Shown here one piece after another: positions 1-10,118 of a DNA stretch of 64,000 bases. A model generated the notes under the pieces. That model saw nothing but the letters and a program-made list of their open reading frames with translations. It did no database searches and was not told the origin of the DNA. How positions within the stretch are numbered: position 1 is the stretch's first letter; every line of letters begins with the position of its first letter. The position numbers were made by a program, and so were the translations under genes. This DNA comes from an uncultured Candidatus Saccharimonas sp. (lineage in GTDB: Bacteria > Patescibacteriota > Saccharimonadia > Saccharimonadales > AWTP1-31): the NCBI GenBank assembly GCA_943354005.1, contig CALRBE010000005.1:21910-85909 (forward strand). The letters run 5' to 3'.

Positions 1-33
1 ATACAGATAGTGCATGTATAACTATAGAACTCT

Positions 34-582
34 TTATTTCTTGAATCCGTCTCGGGCTTCAAGTGCAAAGGCGATCATTATCGGACCAGTTATGATAGCG
101 TATACTCCGATAACCCATACAAATGCGAGCGTTCCTTGAACAGGGTATCGCCATACAAGTGTTGCTGCTAAAACAGAAGCAATAGCTGCAATGATTTGCC
201 ATGTACGAAAAGTTGCTGGGTACTTAGAATCGAGGGCTTCAATAAAATGAATAACACCGCGAATTAGTAGAGCAAGAGCTACAAACACGACAAATGTCTT
301 CAGAACAAGTAGTGGCCTCTGTAAGAGGTAAATACCAATTCCAGCTTCTAGAGCACCAAGCACAATGTTAACAAACCAGAGTTTCTTCTGTTTGCTAGAG
401 ACAAGACTTATGATTATTTCAAGGACACCTCTAATTAGTAGGTATAGCCCAAAGAAAAATGAAAGACTTAGTAGGGTCTGTCCAGGGTTAATTATTGTTA
501 CGATTCCGAATAGAAGCGTTACGATGCCTCCAATAAGAAACATCCACCAGTTATTTTTATAGATTTCAATCTCAGCCTTCAT
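34..582 (-). CDS. HdeD/DUF308-family integral membrane protein
   Basis: 182-aa ORF with 6 predicted TM helices. The N-terminus (NWWMFLIGGIVTLLFGIVTIINPG) is typical of the HdeD family. Confidence 0.65.
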   Translation of the reverse strand: MKAEIEIYKNNWWMFLIGGIVTLLFGIVTIINPGQTLLSLSFFFGLYLLIRGVLEIIISLVSSKQKKLWFVNIVLGALEAGIGIYLLQRPLLVLKTFVVFVALALLIRGVIHFIEALDSKYPATFRTWQIIAAIASVLAATLVWRYPVQGTLAFVWVIGVYAIITGPIMIAFALEARDGFKK

Positions 583-713
583 GGCATCTCCTTATAAGTT
601 AGTACTAATTTGAATTATATAACAATATTCTAATTTATCAATATATTGAGAATAATTTAAGACTAGAGTACTCTAGAAAGAGAGTATAAAATATCAAAAA
701 GAAATGAGAATTA

Positions 714-1031
714 ATGGATAATTATAAAATATTTGGATACGCAATAGTAGCACTTGGAGCTGTCATCTTTTTCGACGCAGTAAAAAATCTCTTCGGTTAC
801 GATGTTATCAGTGCCCTATGGCCATTCGCTTTCGTAATAGCTGGTATTTCTACAGCGCCAAAGCATGCGACGGCAGGACTTCTTTTGCTTTTAGCTGGTG
901 TAGCTGCACTAATCAGTAGATTTAATCTTGGAGGCACGAATCTTGGCCAGGCATTCCAAGCTCTAGTTGTAATAGCCGTAGGATTCATAATAATTTCAAG
1001 TTATGGAAAAAGTAAAAATGAATCAAAGTAA
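714..1031 (+). CDS. small integral membrane protein, function unknown
   Basis: 105-aa hydrophobic ORF. No recognisable motif. Confidence 0.45.
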   Translation: MDNYKIFGYAIVALGAVIFFDAVKNLFGYDVISALWPFAFVIAGISTAPKHATAGLLLLLAGVAALISRFNLGGTNLGQAFQALVVIAVGFIIISSYGKSKNESK

Positions 1032-1896
1032 GACAACTCGAACTCGTAATGAAAAAGCATTGAGATGGTTTAGTGCGGGTTCATCAGTACTTATCGTTAT
1101 TCTCTTACTCGTTCTACATTCAGCGTATTGGATGAACCAGAACTTTCTCAATAACCAGAATTTTTCGCAAAAGGTTAGTTCAGTCCTAGCACAAGATAGC
1201 AGCCGGGAAGCTATAGGACAAGAAGTTTCAGACCAAGTATTTAAAGATAAGCCAGTACTTGGGCGGGTAGCAGGGGATAAGCTTTCTTCTATAGTTACTT
1301 CTATCTTAGGTACAGACATTGCCAATAAAGTAGTAACAAGAGTCTCCAGCGATACTGTTTTATACCTTACATCTGCAAAACAAAAGCCTATAGAGATTAG
1401 TCTTTCTGAAATTAAACCTGTAATTGTTACATTAAGTACTGTATTAAATTCAGTAGATAAAACTAGTAATGTTTCTATCGATGCGTCTACCATTCCAGAC
1501 AAAGTAGTTTTACTTGAGCCAGGAACAATCCCATCTTTATATCGTTACAGCGTGATTCTTTCCTGGATGGTACCATTCTCCGCGATTATAGTTCTAGGTT
1601 TATTCGCTCTAATTGTAAGATTACGTAAGTTAAGTATCCGTCAAGGAATTAAACGCGCAGGCATCTTACTGCTATCTTCTTCAGTAATTGGCATGATTGT
1701 TGGTCCTATTTTCAAACCTCCTGCCGTCTCAATGCTTCAATCTGCAAGTTTACGAACGCTGACATCTAATCTCTACGATGCATTCTGGAGCCCGTTCTTT
1801 ACTCAAATGACTTACATGTTTATTCTAGGATTCATACTTATCGCAGTATCATTCATACCTCTGACTAGGCCGAGTTTTATGAAGAAATCTAAGTAG
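1003..1896 (+). CDS. membrane protein, function unknown
   Basis: 297-aa ORF with an N-terminal TM helix and C-terminal TM helices. The start could be 1003 or the ATG at 1018. Confidence 0.5.
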   Translation: MEKVKMNQSKTTRTRNEKALRWFSAGSSVLIVILLLVLHSAYWMNQNFLNNQNFSQKVSSVLAQDSSREAIGQEVSDQVFKDKPVLGRVAGDKLSSIVTSILGTDIANKVVTRVSSDTVLYLTSAKQKPIEISLSEIKPVIVTLSTVLNSVDKTSNVSIDASTIPDKVVLLEPGTIPSLYRYSVILSWMVPFSAIIVLGLFALIVRLRKLSIRQGIKRAGILLLSSSVIGMIVGPIFKPPAVSMLQSASLRTLTSNLYDAFWSPFFTQMTYMFILGFILIAVSFIPLTRPSFMKKSK

Positions 1897-2983
1897 TAGC
1901 TTCTACTTCATTAGGTAATTCATCTTGTCCCGACTTTAGGTATACCTGTATTGTAGTTACGATTATGATCATTACTACTGGACCAATAATGATGCCAATA
2001 AAACCGAACATACCTATACCTGCAAAAACAGATAGGATAGTGAGTGCTGAGTTAAGCTTGGCCTCTTTTGGAACCATTTTAGGACGGAGTACATTATCGA
2101 CATTAGTTGTAATAAGGAAGTGACTTAATAGTAGTGTAAGACCCTGCCAATAGTTTCCGATAAGTAGATTGATTATTCCGAATGGAATTATAAGAATCCC
2201 ACCACCAAGTGGAATAACGGAAAGAGCAGTAAGAATCAGCCAGAAAAATGCAAAATAATGAACACCGCACACATAAAGAAAGAATGCGCCAACAAAACCT
2301 TGGAGCACTGCGATTATAAACTGCCCACGAACCATTGCTCCCGTCATTAGGCCTGCACGCTTAAGATATAGCTCGGTCACATCGCTACCCATTGGATTTA
2401 GTTTTTTAAGCATAGCAACTAGAGTATCTTTATGTAGTAGGATAGAGACAAAAACGTAAATGTATATAATAAATTGAGTAATTATTCTTGGGATACTGCC
2501 GAGCGATGACTGTAACGCACTCAGTATAGTGTTAGCAATAGTGGACAAGTTATTTTGGAGTGATTTAGTTACATTCTCTGCTGACAGAGTTATGCCACCA
2601 CCTGGTAATTGATCAAGTAGCCTATTGATCTGATAGATAAAATCATTAAAGTACTGATTAAAATCTGTTGAGCTTGAAATCTTAGATATATCTTTAATGA
2701 TTTGGCTAAGCTGGACTATGGTTACGGCGCTGATTAGGAATACCGGAATAATAAAAACTAGCAGGCTAATAAGAAATGTTACGTTGGCTGCTATATTTTT
2801 ACGCTTTGTTTTCCTAAGAATGTAATCGTATACAGGATAGAATATGAATGATACTATTGCGGCTACCGCCAAAAGACCTACATAATTTCTTAAGAATAGT
2901 GCACCAACAACTAGGGCAATAATAACGGCTATAGATAGAGCTTTTTGCTGAGGCTTAGTGAAGACTATTTTTACGTGATGCAT
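1889..2983 (-). CDS. AI-2E family transporter (PerM/UPF0118)
   Basis: 364-aa polytopic ORF with the family-typical layout and a C-terminal GPVVMIII segment. Confidence 0.75.
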   Translation of the reverse strand: MHHVKIVFTKPQQKALSIAVIIALVVGALFLRNYVGLLAVAAIVSFIFYPVYDYILRKTKRKNIAANVTFLISLLVFIIPVFLISAVTIVQLSQIIKDISKISSSTDFNQYFNDFIYQINRLLDQLPGGGITLSAENVTKSLQNNLSTIANTILSALQSSLGSIPRIITQFIIYIYVFVSILLHKDTLVAMLKKLNPMGSDVTELYLKRAGLMTGAMVRGQFIIAVLQGFVGAFFLYVCGVHYFAFFWLILTALSVIPLGGGILIIPFGIINLLIGNYWQGLTLLLSHFLITTNVDNVLRPKMVPKEAKLNSALTILSVFAGIGMFGFIGIIIGPVVMIIIVTTIQVYLKSGQDELPNEVEATT

Positions 2984-3306
2984 TATTTTTCCTCGTACTT
3001 TTTAATCCGACGGCGAGCAATTGTTCCCTTCAATAGGATATTAACTAGAGATGCAATAATTGCTACTCCAACTAATAGGTAAAGACACGTGAATAGCTTT
3101 CCGAAAGTAGTTTTTGGTGCAATATCTCCATAGCCTACGGTCGTAAGGCTAACTACGCAAAAGTAGAATGAATCAACCCAAGACCATTTTTCAATTGCAT
3201 GGTAGGCCCATGTACCAAATAGTAGGGTGAAAATTGCAACTGCAGAAATAAGTCTGAACCGTTTTACTGTTAATTTAGCTTCGTCAAGATTAAATGTTGG
3301 ATCCAT
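2983..3306 (-). CDS. minimal two-TM potassium channel
   Basis: 107 aa with the canonical selectivity filter TTVGYGD between two TM helices and no RCK domain. Its stop overlaps the downstream start (TAATG). Confidence 0.8.
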   Translation of the reverse strand: MDPTFNLDEAKLTVKRFRLISAVAIFTLLFGTWAYHAIEKWSWVDSFYFCVVSLTTVGYGDIAPKTTFGKLFTCLYLLVGVAIIASLVNILLKGTIARRRIKKYEEK

Positions 3307-3344
3307 ACCTGTAAGTATACAGCAATAATGCTCTTCTCTTTTTA

Positions 3345-3818
3345 CTACTTTTTAGCTAATTCTTTAAGATCTTTAATAATTTGAGCGGCGTGTGTCACAG
3401 GATTGACTCCGAGGTACTCCTTGGCGATAAATCCATCAGGGCTAATTAGATATGTATTCCTACTAATACTTCCTTTGGTCATTCCTAGAATGGTTGTCTC
3501 CTTCCATGATCCATAAGCTTCTATTGTGGTATGCTCGGTATCGCTGAGTATCGTGAAATTAATATTATGCTTTTTCGCAAAATTTGCATGACTTGCTACT
3601 GAATCTTTGTTAACTCCTACAACAACTGCATTTCCATATTCGGCAATTGCATCTCTTTCGTCCCTAAAGTTACAAGCTTCTTTTGTGCATCCTGGAGTAT
3701 TATCTTTAGGATAAAAATAAAGAACTATCCAGCGCCCGGCAAATTCTTTAAGTGTTCTTATCTTCCCCTCTTGATCTGGTAGTGAAAATTCTGGTGCTTT
3801 TTTCATATCTTTCTCCAT
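3345..3818 (-). CDS. bcp: thioredoxin-dependent peroxiredoxin Bcp
   Basis: 157 aa. PGCTKEAC peroxidatic/resolving Cys motif in an AhpC/TSA fold pattern. Confidence 0.85.
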   Translation of the reverse strand: MEKDMKKAPEFSLPDQEGKIRTLKEFAGRWIVLYFYPKDNTPGCTKEACNFRDERDAIAEYGNAVVVGVNKDSVASHANFAKKHNINFTILSDTEHTTIEAYGSWKETTILGMTKGSISRNTYLISPDGFIAKEYLGVNPVTHAAQIIKDLKELAKK

Positions 3819-3848
3819 TATATTTTATCTTTCTGCTATAAATATACT

Positions 3849-4562
3849 ATGAATACACTACAACATGCAGATGATTTTAAAAAAATACTCTCAAGTTATG
3901 AAATGTCTACTGAATCGAAAGGGCTACTTGCTCAAACAAAGTTTGTAATGCTTTCTGCTATTAGTGCTTCCGGACGCAACACTATAATCGAAGAACTACT
4001 TAAGACGGATCAGTTTTATCCAGTAGTATCAGATACAACCAGAGAAAAACGTATAAATGATGGTATTGAAGAAGAAAGCGGTAAGCAATATTGGTTCAGG
4101 AGTGAAGAAGAAGTTTTGGAGCGATTGAATCAAGGTAAATACATCGAAGCAGCTTTAATACATGACCAGCAAGTATCAGGCCTCAGTATTGAAGAATTCG
4201 AAAAAGCAGCTCAAGCAGGGAAAATTGCTATCAGCGACCTTGAAGTGCAAGGAGTTGACGTTATTATGAAAGCCAGTCCAACCAGCATTCCTATTTTTGT
4301 CGTTCCTCCTAGTTATGATGAGTGGATGAAGCGCTGGGCCAAGCGCGGTGTAATTACTGAGACTGAAAAGCAGCATCGAATAGAAAGTGCTCAAAAAGAG
4401 TTATACACAGCGCTGCATACAGATTATTACCATTTTGTAATTAACGATGCTTTACCAGAAGTCGTACAAGATATTATAGACATTTCTCTAAATAAAAGTG
4501 TTAAGGATAAAGAAATAGCTGCTCGTAGCGTAGCAGAGAGAATACTGGATAGGCTCCAGTAA
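3849..4562 (+). CDS. guanylate-kinase-like protein with divergent P-loop
   Basis: Shows GK-like TTR..R..E..G..YWF...EE and YIEAA motifs. The P-loop reads SASGRNT instead of GxxGxGK. Confidence 0.5.
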   Translation: MNTLQHADDFKKILSSYEMSTESKGLLAQTKFVMLSAISASGRNTIIEELLKTDQFYPVVSDTTREKRINDGIEEESGKQYWFRSEEEVLERLNQGKYIEAALIHDQQVSGLSIEEFEKAAQAGKIAISDLEVQGVDVIMKASPTSIPIFVVPPSYDEWMKRWAKRGVITETEKQHRIESAQKELYTALHTDYYHFVINDALPEVVQDIIDISLNKSVKDKEIAARSVAERILDRLQ

Positions 4563-4569
4563 GGGCAAT

Positions 4570-4596
4570 TTGGCAGTCATTGACGTTAAGTGCTAA
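4570..4596. promoter_or_regulatory. CIRCE operator overlapping the hrcA promoter
   Basis: TTGGCAGTC-N9-AAGTGCTAA versus the consensus TTAGCACTC-N9-GAGTGCTAA. The left arm coincides with a -35 (TTGGCA). The right arm overlaps the -10 (TAAAAT, 4594-4599), which sits 6 nt before the ATG at 4606. Confidence 0.75.
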
Positions 4597-4605
4597 AATA
4601 TAGCC

Positions 4606-5316
4606 ATGTTAAGCGATAGACAACAACGAGTTCTTCAAGCAATTGTTGAGCAATACGCCGAAGTAGCAAGCCCCGTAGGCTCTACACTTATGGCAAAATT
4701 ATTTTCCGTGTCCTCTGCCACAATTCGTTCTGAAATGTCCATCCTGGAGCATCAGGGATACATCATGCAGCCTCATACTAGTGCTGGTAGAATACCTACC
4801 GATAAAGGTTACCGCTTCTACGTAAATAACTTGAGCATTGACCAGCCTGAAACTGTTGCTGAACGCAGGGCCGAGAAGGCTCTAGCGACACGTGTCGTAA
4901 ATGGCGGCATGAGCGACCAGATCATCAAGAATGCAGTAGATACGCTAGTGGATCTTACGCACAATCTTGGATTAGCAACAATTGGCGACCAGTTATATAT
5001 GAGTGGTCTATCTAATCTTTTTGGGCAACCAGAATTTATAAACAATGAACAGGTACGTGAAGTAGCTCGTCTGCTAGATAATCTAGAGCCATGGCTTTAT
5101 GAAGCTGCCCCAAACGAACCTTTAAGTGTCTACATTGGACAAGAGAATCCCGTTGGACGAAGTGCAGGATGCTCACTTATCGTTAGCCGTTTTCGTAGCA
5201 ACTACAGTGACAGCAGCTACATAGGCGTCCTTGGGCCTACTAGGCAAAGCTATAGAGACGTTATGATGTTAGTTCGTAGAACAGGTGAAGCATTAGAGGA
5301 GGCATTATATGGCTAA
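4606..5316 (+). CDS. hrcA: heat-inducible transcription repressor HrcA (short form)
   Basis: N-terminal wHTH (RQQRVLQAIVEQYAEVASPVGS), position upstream of grpE-dnaK, and adjacent CIRCE sites. It is 236 aa versus about 340 aa typical. Confidence 0.8.
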   Translation: MLSDRQQRVLQAIVEQYAEVASPVGSTLMAKLFSVSSATIRSEMSILEHQGYIMQPHTSAGRIPTDKGYRFYVNNLSIDQPETVAERRAEKALATRVVNGGMSDQIIKNAVDTLVDLTHNLGLATIGDQLYMSGLSNLFGQPEFINNEQVREVARLLDNLEPWLYEAAPNEPLSVYIGQENPVGRSAGCSLIVSRFRSNYSDSSYIGVLGPTRQSYRDVMMLVRRTGEALEEALYG

Positions 5317-5806
5317 AGAACAAGTAAAACCAACACCATTACCAAAAGAACCAAAAGTAGACCACACGGCTTTACTACGTGAAGAGGTTGAAATGCTCAC
5401 TGAAGCAATTCAGCGAGAACGCGCTGATGCTATGAATATGCGTCGCCGTCATGATGAACAAATCATGAATCTTAAATCAACTCTAAAGGCAGACGTAGTT
5501 AATGACCTACTACCTGTTATCGATAACTTTGAACGAGCATTGAAGCATGTTCCGGAAGAGCTTAAGGAAAATGACTACGTTAAAGGCGTACAGGGCGTTG
5601 TAGCGCAATTCGATAAAACACTAGCCGACATGGGAGTTAAACGTATACAAACAATAGGCCAGGACTTTAATCCGCATTTTCATGAAGCTGTTGGCATTGA
5701 AGAAGGGGAGGGCGATAAAGAAATTGTTTCTGAAGAGCTTCAAGCTGGATACCAGATTGGCGACACAGTTATTCGCCACGCAATGGTAAAAGTCACCAAA
5801 CAGTAA
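5309..5806 (+). CDS. grpE: nucleotide exchange factor GrpE
   Basis: 165 aa with a GrpE C-terminal pattern (FNPHFHEAV...GY..GD.VIRHAMV). Overlaps the hrcA stop. Confidence 0.9.
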   Translation: MAKEQVKPTPLPKEPKVDHTALLREEVEMLTEAIQRERADAMNMRRRHDEQIMNLKSTLKADVVNDLLPVIDNFERALKHVPEELKENDYVKGVQGVVAQFDKTLADMGVKRIQTIGQDFNPHFHEAVGIEEGEGDKEIVSEELQAGYQIGDTVIRHAMVKVTKQ

Positions 5807-5814
5807 GTAGTAAT

Positions 5815-5841
5815 TTGGCACTCTTGACACTAGACTGCCAA
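5815..5841. promoter_or_regulatory. CIRCE operator 1 upstream of dnaK
   Basis: TTGGCACTC-N9-GACTGCCAA inverted repeat. The spacer contains TTGACA (5824-5829). Confidence 0.7.
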
Positions 5842-5862
5842 ATTTATTATGGTACAATTGTA

Positions 5863-5889
5863 TTAGCACTCAATAAGCTAGTCTGCTAG
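5863..5889. promoter_or_regulatory. CIRCE-like operator 2 upstream of dnaK
   Basis: TTAGCACTC-N9-GTCTGCTAG. The left arm is perfect and the right arm matches the consensus at 6/9. Confidence 0.5.
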
Positions 5890-5944
5890 CCTACTGCGTA
5901 CTACCTAAATTGATAATAGATAATAAATAATTGGAGAATATAAA

Positions 5945-7864
5945 ATGGGTAAGATTATTGGTATCGATCTCGGTACAACTAACAGTGCAATGGCCGTAAT
6001 GCAGTCAGGTAAGCCTGAGATTATTGCAAATAGCGAAGGAGCACGTACTACTCCTAGCGTTGTAGCTTTCAATAAAAATGGTGAGCGTCTTGTTGGCCAG
6101 GTAGCACGTCGCCAGATGGTAACGAACCCGTCTAACACAATCTACGAAGTTAAGCGTCTAATTGGTCGAAGCTGGGAAGACAAAGAAGTACAGCGTGATA
6201 TCAAACTCATGGGCTACGAAATGGTTAAGAGTGGTAAGAGCGTTAAGGTAAAGATGGGTGACAAAGAATATAGCCCTGAAGAGATGAGCGCTATGATTCT
6301 TAGCAAGCTCAAGGCTGATGCAGAAAGCTTTACAGGTGGCCCTGTCACAGAAGCCGTTATCACAGTTCCGGCATATTTTGACGACTCTCAACGTCAAGCA
6401 ACTAAAGATGCTGGTAAAATTGCTGGTCTTGAAGTAAAAAGAATTATTAACGAGCCAACTGCTGCTGCACTTGCTTACGGGCTTGATAAGGGAAGCAATA
6501 AAGATGAAAAGATTGCCGTCTTTGACCTTGGTGGTGGTACATTTGACGTTTCAATCCTTGAGCTAGGAGACGGTGTCTTTGAGGTAAAGAGTACTAACGG
6601 CGACACTCATCTCGGTGGTGCTGACTTTGACCGTGTAATTGTTAACTATCTAGTTGAAGAGTTTAAAAAAGACAGTGGCGTAAATGTTATTAATGACAAA
6701 GCTGCCATGCAACGACTTCGTGATGAAGCAGAGAAAGCTAAAATTGAGCTCTCTACAACTAACGAGGTTGATATTAACCTACCGTTCTTAACTGCTGATT
6801 CAGACGGACCTAAGCATTTCGAACATAAGCTAACTCGAGCAAATCTTGAGAAGCTTGTTGGTGACCTAATCGATAAGACTGCTATTCCTTGCGAAAAAGC
6901 TCTTAAGGATGCCAAGTTAAAAGCTAGTGACATTGACGCTGTAGTCCTTGTCGGTGGAATGACTCGTATGCCATCAGTGGTTGAAAAGGTTAAGAAAATA
7001 TTTGGTAAAGATCCAATGCAGGGTGTAAACCCTGACGAAGTAGTAGCTATCGGTGCAGCTATTCAGGGTGGAGTCTTACAGGGAGATGTTAAGGATGTTT
7101 TACTACTCGATGTAACTCCTTTGTCCCTCGGTATTGAAACACTCGGTGGTGTCGCTACGAAGCTTATCGAACGAAACACTACGATTCCTAGTAGTAAGAG
7201 TGAAGTATTTAGTACTGCCGCAGATAACCAAAATCAAGTTGAAATTCATGTTGTTCAAGGAGAACGTGAATTTGTTGCAGACAATAAGAGTCTAGGACGA
7301 TTCGTACTAGATGGTATCCCAGCTGCTCCTCGGGGAGTGCCTCAAATTGAAGTTACATTTAATCTAGATGCAAATGGTATCCTTAACGTTTCAGCAAAAG
7401 ATAAAGGAACAAGTAAAGAGCAATCTATCACTATCCAGGGCAGCAGCGGTCTTTCTAAAGAAGAAGTTGAGAAGATGGCTAAAGAAGCAGAAGCACATGC
7501 CGAAGAAGACAAAAAGAAGCGAGAATCAATTGATGCACGTAACCAATTAGACAGTTCTATGTATCAGGCTGAAAAGATGAAGTCAGATAATAAAGAAAAG
7601 ATTTCAGAAGAAGATGCAAAAGCTATTGATGCAGCAGTTGAAACAGCCAAAAAAGTAGCTGAAGACAAAGATGCTGACAAGGATACGCTAGAGAAGGCTG
7701 CAAAAGAATTATCTGATGCAATTATGCCTATCGGTGCAAAAATGTACGAAGCTGCAGCCAAAGAAGAGTCAGAAAAGAACTCTGACGAAGACTCAAAAGA
7801 CAAAGACGAACCTGTAGAGGGTGAAGTTGTCGAAGACGATAAAGACGAAAAAGACGAGAAATAA
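5945..7864 (+). CDS. dnaK: molecular chaperone DnaK (Hsp70)
   Basis: 639 aa with [17 protein letters not shown] and [10 protein letters not shown] signatures. An SD (GGAGAA) lies upstream. Confidence 0.98.
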   Translation: MGKIIGIDLGTTNSAMAVMQSGKPEIIANSEGARTTPSVVAFNKNGERLVGQVARRQMVTNPSNTIYEVKRLIGRSWEDKEVQRDIKLMGYEMVKSGKSVKVKMGDKEYSPEEMSAMILSKLKADAESFTGGPVTEAVITVPAYFDDSQRQATKDAGKIAGLEVKRIINEPTAAALAYGLDKGSNKDEKIAVFDLGGGTFDVSILELGDGVFEVKSTNGDTHLGGADFDRVIVNYLVEEFKKDSGVNVINDKAAMQRLRDEAEKAKIELSTTNEVDINLPFLTADSDGPKHFEHKLTRANLEKLVGDLIDKTAIPCEKALKDAKLKASDIDAVVLVGGMTRMPSVVEKVKKIFGKDPMQGVNPDEVVAIGAAIQGGVLQGDVKDVLLLDVTPLSLGIETLGGVATKLIERNTTIPSSKSEVFSTAADNQNQVEIHVVQGEREFVADNKSLGRFVLDGIPAAPRGVPQIEVTFNLDANGILNVSAKDKGTSKEQSITIQGSSGLSKEEVEKMAKEAEAHAEEDKKKRESIDARNQLDSSMYQAEKMKSDNKEKISEEDAKAIDAAVETAKKVAEDKDADKDTLEKAAKELSDAIMPIGAKMYEAAAKEESEKNSDEDSKDKDEPVEGEVVEDDKDEKDEK

Positions 7865-7875
7865 AACTTCATTAA

Positions 7876-7908
7876 GGCTAGCACCTAAACCCATGCAAGT
7901 GCTAAGAT
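7876..7908. promoter_or_regulatory. CIRCE-like inverted repeat overlapping the dnaJ promoter
   Basis: GGCTAGCAC...GTGCTAAG with arm spacing 1 nt longer than canonical CIRCE. The right arm overlaps TAAGAT (7903-7908), 8 nt before the ATG at 7917. Confidence 0.45.
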
Positions 7909-7916
7909 AAACATCA

Positions 7917-9014
7917 ATGAGCAAGCGCGACTATTATGACGTGCTGGGAGTCGGCAAGACTGCCAGTGACGATGAAATTAAAAAAGCCTTTAGAAAAAAA
8001 GCTATTGAGCACCACCCAGATAAAGCGGGTGGTGATGAGTCTAAGTTTAAGGAATTGAACGAGGCCTACGAAGTTCTAAAGGATGATCGTAAGCGACAAC
8101 GATACGATCAGTTTGGTCATGCAGGCGTCGGTAGTAGTGCAGCAAGTGATGGTGGTAATCCATACGCCGGATTCGGCGGTGGACAAAATGGTAATTTCGA
8201 TTTTGGCGATCTAGGATTAGGAGATATTTTTGGCAGTTTCTTCGGAGGCGGTCAGCAGCGCCAACAGCAGTCTCGTGGTCGCGATGTAGAAACTTCAGTC
8301 GACCTGACTTTTGAAGAAGGTATTTTTGGTAAGGAACAAAAGATAAAGATTGCTATTGATGACGTCTGTGAACATTGTAAGGGCACAACAGCTGAACCTG
8401 GACACGATCTCAAGACATGTGACACTTGTAAGGGCAGTGGCCAGGTTATGCGGGTAACTCGAACGGTATTTGGAGATATTCAGCAAGCAACAGTCTGTAA
8501 TTCATGTAAGGGTTCTGGAAAAATACCAGAGAAAGAATGTACTGTCTGTCATGGCAAAGGTACTGCCCGTAAGGATCAGACTATTAATCTGAAAATACCG
8601 GCTGGTATTGATGACGGTGCAACTATTCGTTTGAGAGAGCAGGGTGAGGCTATCGCACGAGGCTCTAAGGGAGATCTCTATGTACATATACGCGTTAAGC
8701 CGCATAAACACTTTACAAGGGAAGGCGACTTGATTCTAAGTGAAGTGAATGTCCCAATGGTAGACGCCGCTCTTGGCACCGAAATCGAAGTAGCAACTGT
8801 AGATGGCCCAATACGTATGAAGGTGCCAGCTGGAACCCAGAGCGGTACTGACTTTAAACTTTCAAGCCATGGTGTTCCTCACATGAGAGGAAGTGGTAGA
8901 GGAGCGCATATCGTAACAGTTACCGTGGTGACTCCAACAAAACTAAGTAAGCATCAGCAAGAATTACTAAAAGAATTTAAATCTAAATCAAACAAGCGAA
9001 GTTTTTTTAACTAA
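7917..9014 (+). CDS. dnaJ: molecular chaperone DnaJ
   Basis: J domain (HPD), a G/F-rich region and four CxxCxGxG zinc-finger repeats. Confidence 0.95.
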   Translation: MSKRDYYDVLGVGKTASDDEIKKAFRKKAIEHHPDKAGGDESKFKELNEAYEVLKDDRKRQRYDQFGHAGVGSSAASDGGNPYAGFGGGQNGNFDFGDLGLGDIFGSFFGGGQQRQQQSRGRDVETSVDLTFEEGIFGKEQKIKIAIDDVCEHCKGTTAEPGHDLKTCDTCKGSGQVMRVTRTVFGDIQQATVCNSCKGSGKIPEKECTVCHGKGTARKDQTINLKIPAGIDDGATIRLREQGEAIARGSKGDLYVHIRVKPHKHFTREGDLILSEVNVPMVDAALGTEIEVATVDGPIRMKVPAGTQSGTDFKLSSHGVPHMRGSGRGAHIVTVTVVTPTKLSKHQQELLKEFKSKSNKRSFFN

Positions 9015-9244
9015 CGAAGTAAACGGGTAATCAGAAAAGCAATTCCGACAAGTGCGATGACTGCAATGAGTGCTAGAGCACGCTTCTTAGGCATTGATCC
9101 CGAGTTATCTTCCATCCCAGGGGTGTTCTCCTGTATTTGCTGACCTGCTGGTACTCCTGGAGTAGCAGGCATTTGTGGCGCCATTGGCGTTTGGTCTACG
9201 GGCTGCTCTGATTTTTGTTGAGGTGCTGGTTGGTCTTGATCCAT
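9011..9244 (-). CDS. small Pro/Gln-rich C-terminally anchored membrane protein
   Basis: 77-aa ORF with a low-complexity N-terminus and one C-terminal TM helix. No homology is recognisable. Confidence 0.35.
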   Translation of the reverse strand: MDQDQPAPQQKSEQPVDQTPMAPQMPATPGVPAGQQIQENTPGMEDNSGSMPKKRALALIAVIALVGIAFLITRLLR

Positions 9245-9307
9245 AGTGAGTCCTATTTAGTTACTTCGCTTAAGCATAAACATTTATTACCAATCATGCA
9301 ATACCTA

Positions 9308-9952
9308 CTATATTCTGTAGGCACCCTTATTCTCAAAGTGTTGCTGCTTTTTGTTATGCAACATTTGTTTATCTGCTTCGCCTATAACGTCATGGTAGGA
9401 CGAATGTATATTTGGATCGAAAATTGCATAACCTCCTGAGATACCTATGTTATCGATACTACCGAATTCATCACGATTATACTCGTAGATTAAACTACTT
9501 GTTCTATCTATGACATTTTGAGCAATAATATGTTTTTCTTCGGTTGCTTCTGCAGTATTAAGAAGGACTATAAATTCGTCGCCACCAATCCGGGCCACTA
9601 AATCATTTTTCTTAGTGTTCTTTGCGATCATTTCTCCAACGCTCTGCAAGTAAACATTGCCGATCTCATGACCGCAAGTATCGTTTACCTTTTTAAAATT
9701 CAAAAGGTCAAAAAATATTGCAACAAAAGGCTTATCTTTTTCAACCCACTGATTTCCAATAGTTTCCACAGCATTACTATTAAGCAGTTTTGTAGTGTGA
9801 TCTATATTCGCTTCTTCTGTTTTTAGTCTTAATTCTTCTTCAAGTTGTACTACCCGGCAGACAAGTGCACCCGTAATTTTTGCCATATCGTAGGACATTG
9901 CATAAAGACGTTGTTCTTCTGGTGATTCAAAATAGTTTTGCTCTGATTCCAT
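9308..9952 (-). CDS. GGDEF-domain diguanylate cyclase
   Basis: 214 aa with an intact RIGGDEF active site. The N-terminus is coiled-coil only. Confidence 0.8.
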   Translation of the reverse strand: MESEQNYFESPEEQRLYAMSYDMAKITGALVCRVVQLEEELRLKTEEANIDHTTKLLNSNAVETIGNQWVEKDKPFVAIFFDLLNFKKVNDTCGHEIGNVYLQSVGEMIAKNTKKNDLVARIGGDEFIVLLNTAEATEEKHIIAQNVIDRTSSLIYEYNRDEFGSIDNIGISGGYAIFDPNIHSSYHDVIGEADKQMLHNKKQQHFENKGAYRI

Positions 9953-10118
9953 AGAATTACCTTAAGCAAAACCCAAGGTATAAATGTAATGCAATACAGT
10001 GGGTTCGCTATTAGCTCCGTATACCCCAAGCGACCAAATATAAGGTATACATCATTACTTACGTTACATTCGTAACTAAGCTAATTTTATACCCAATTAA
10101 ATTAATTTAAAAGTACTT

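Noticed and set aside
5905-7884. Antisense or alternate-frame ORFs inside dnaK (5905-6138, 6158-6397, 6646-6933, 7368-7550, 7564-7884)
   Set aside because: They are fully embedded in a strongly supported dnaK frame. Their products are low-complexity or Ser/Leu-rich and have no start signals.
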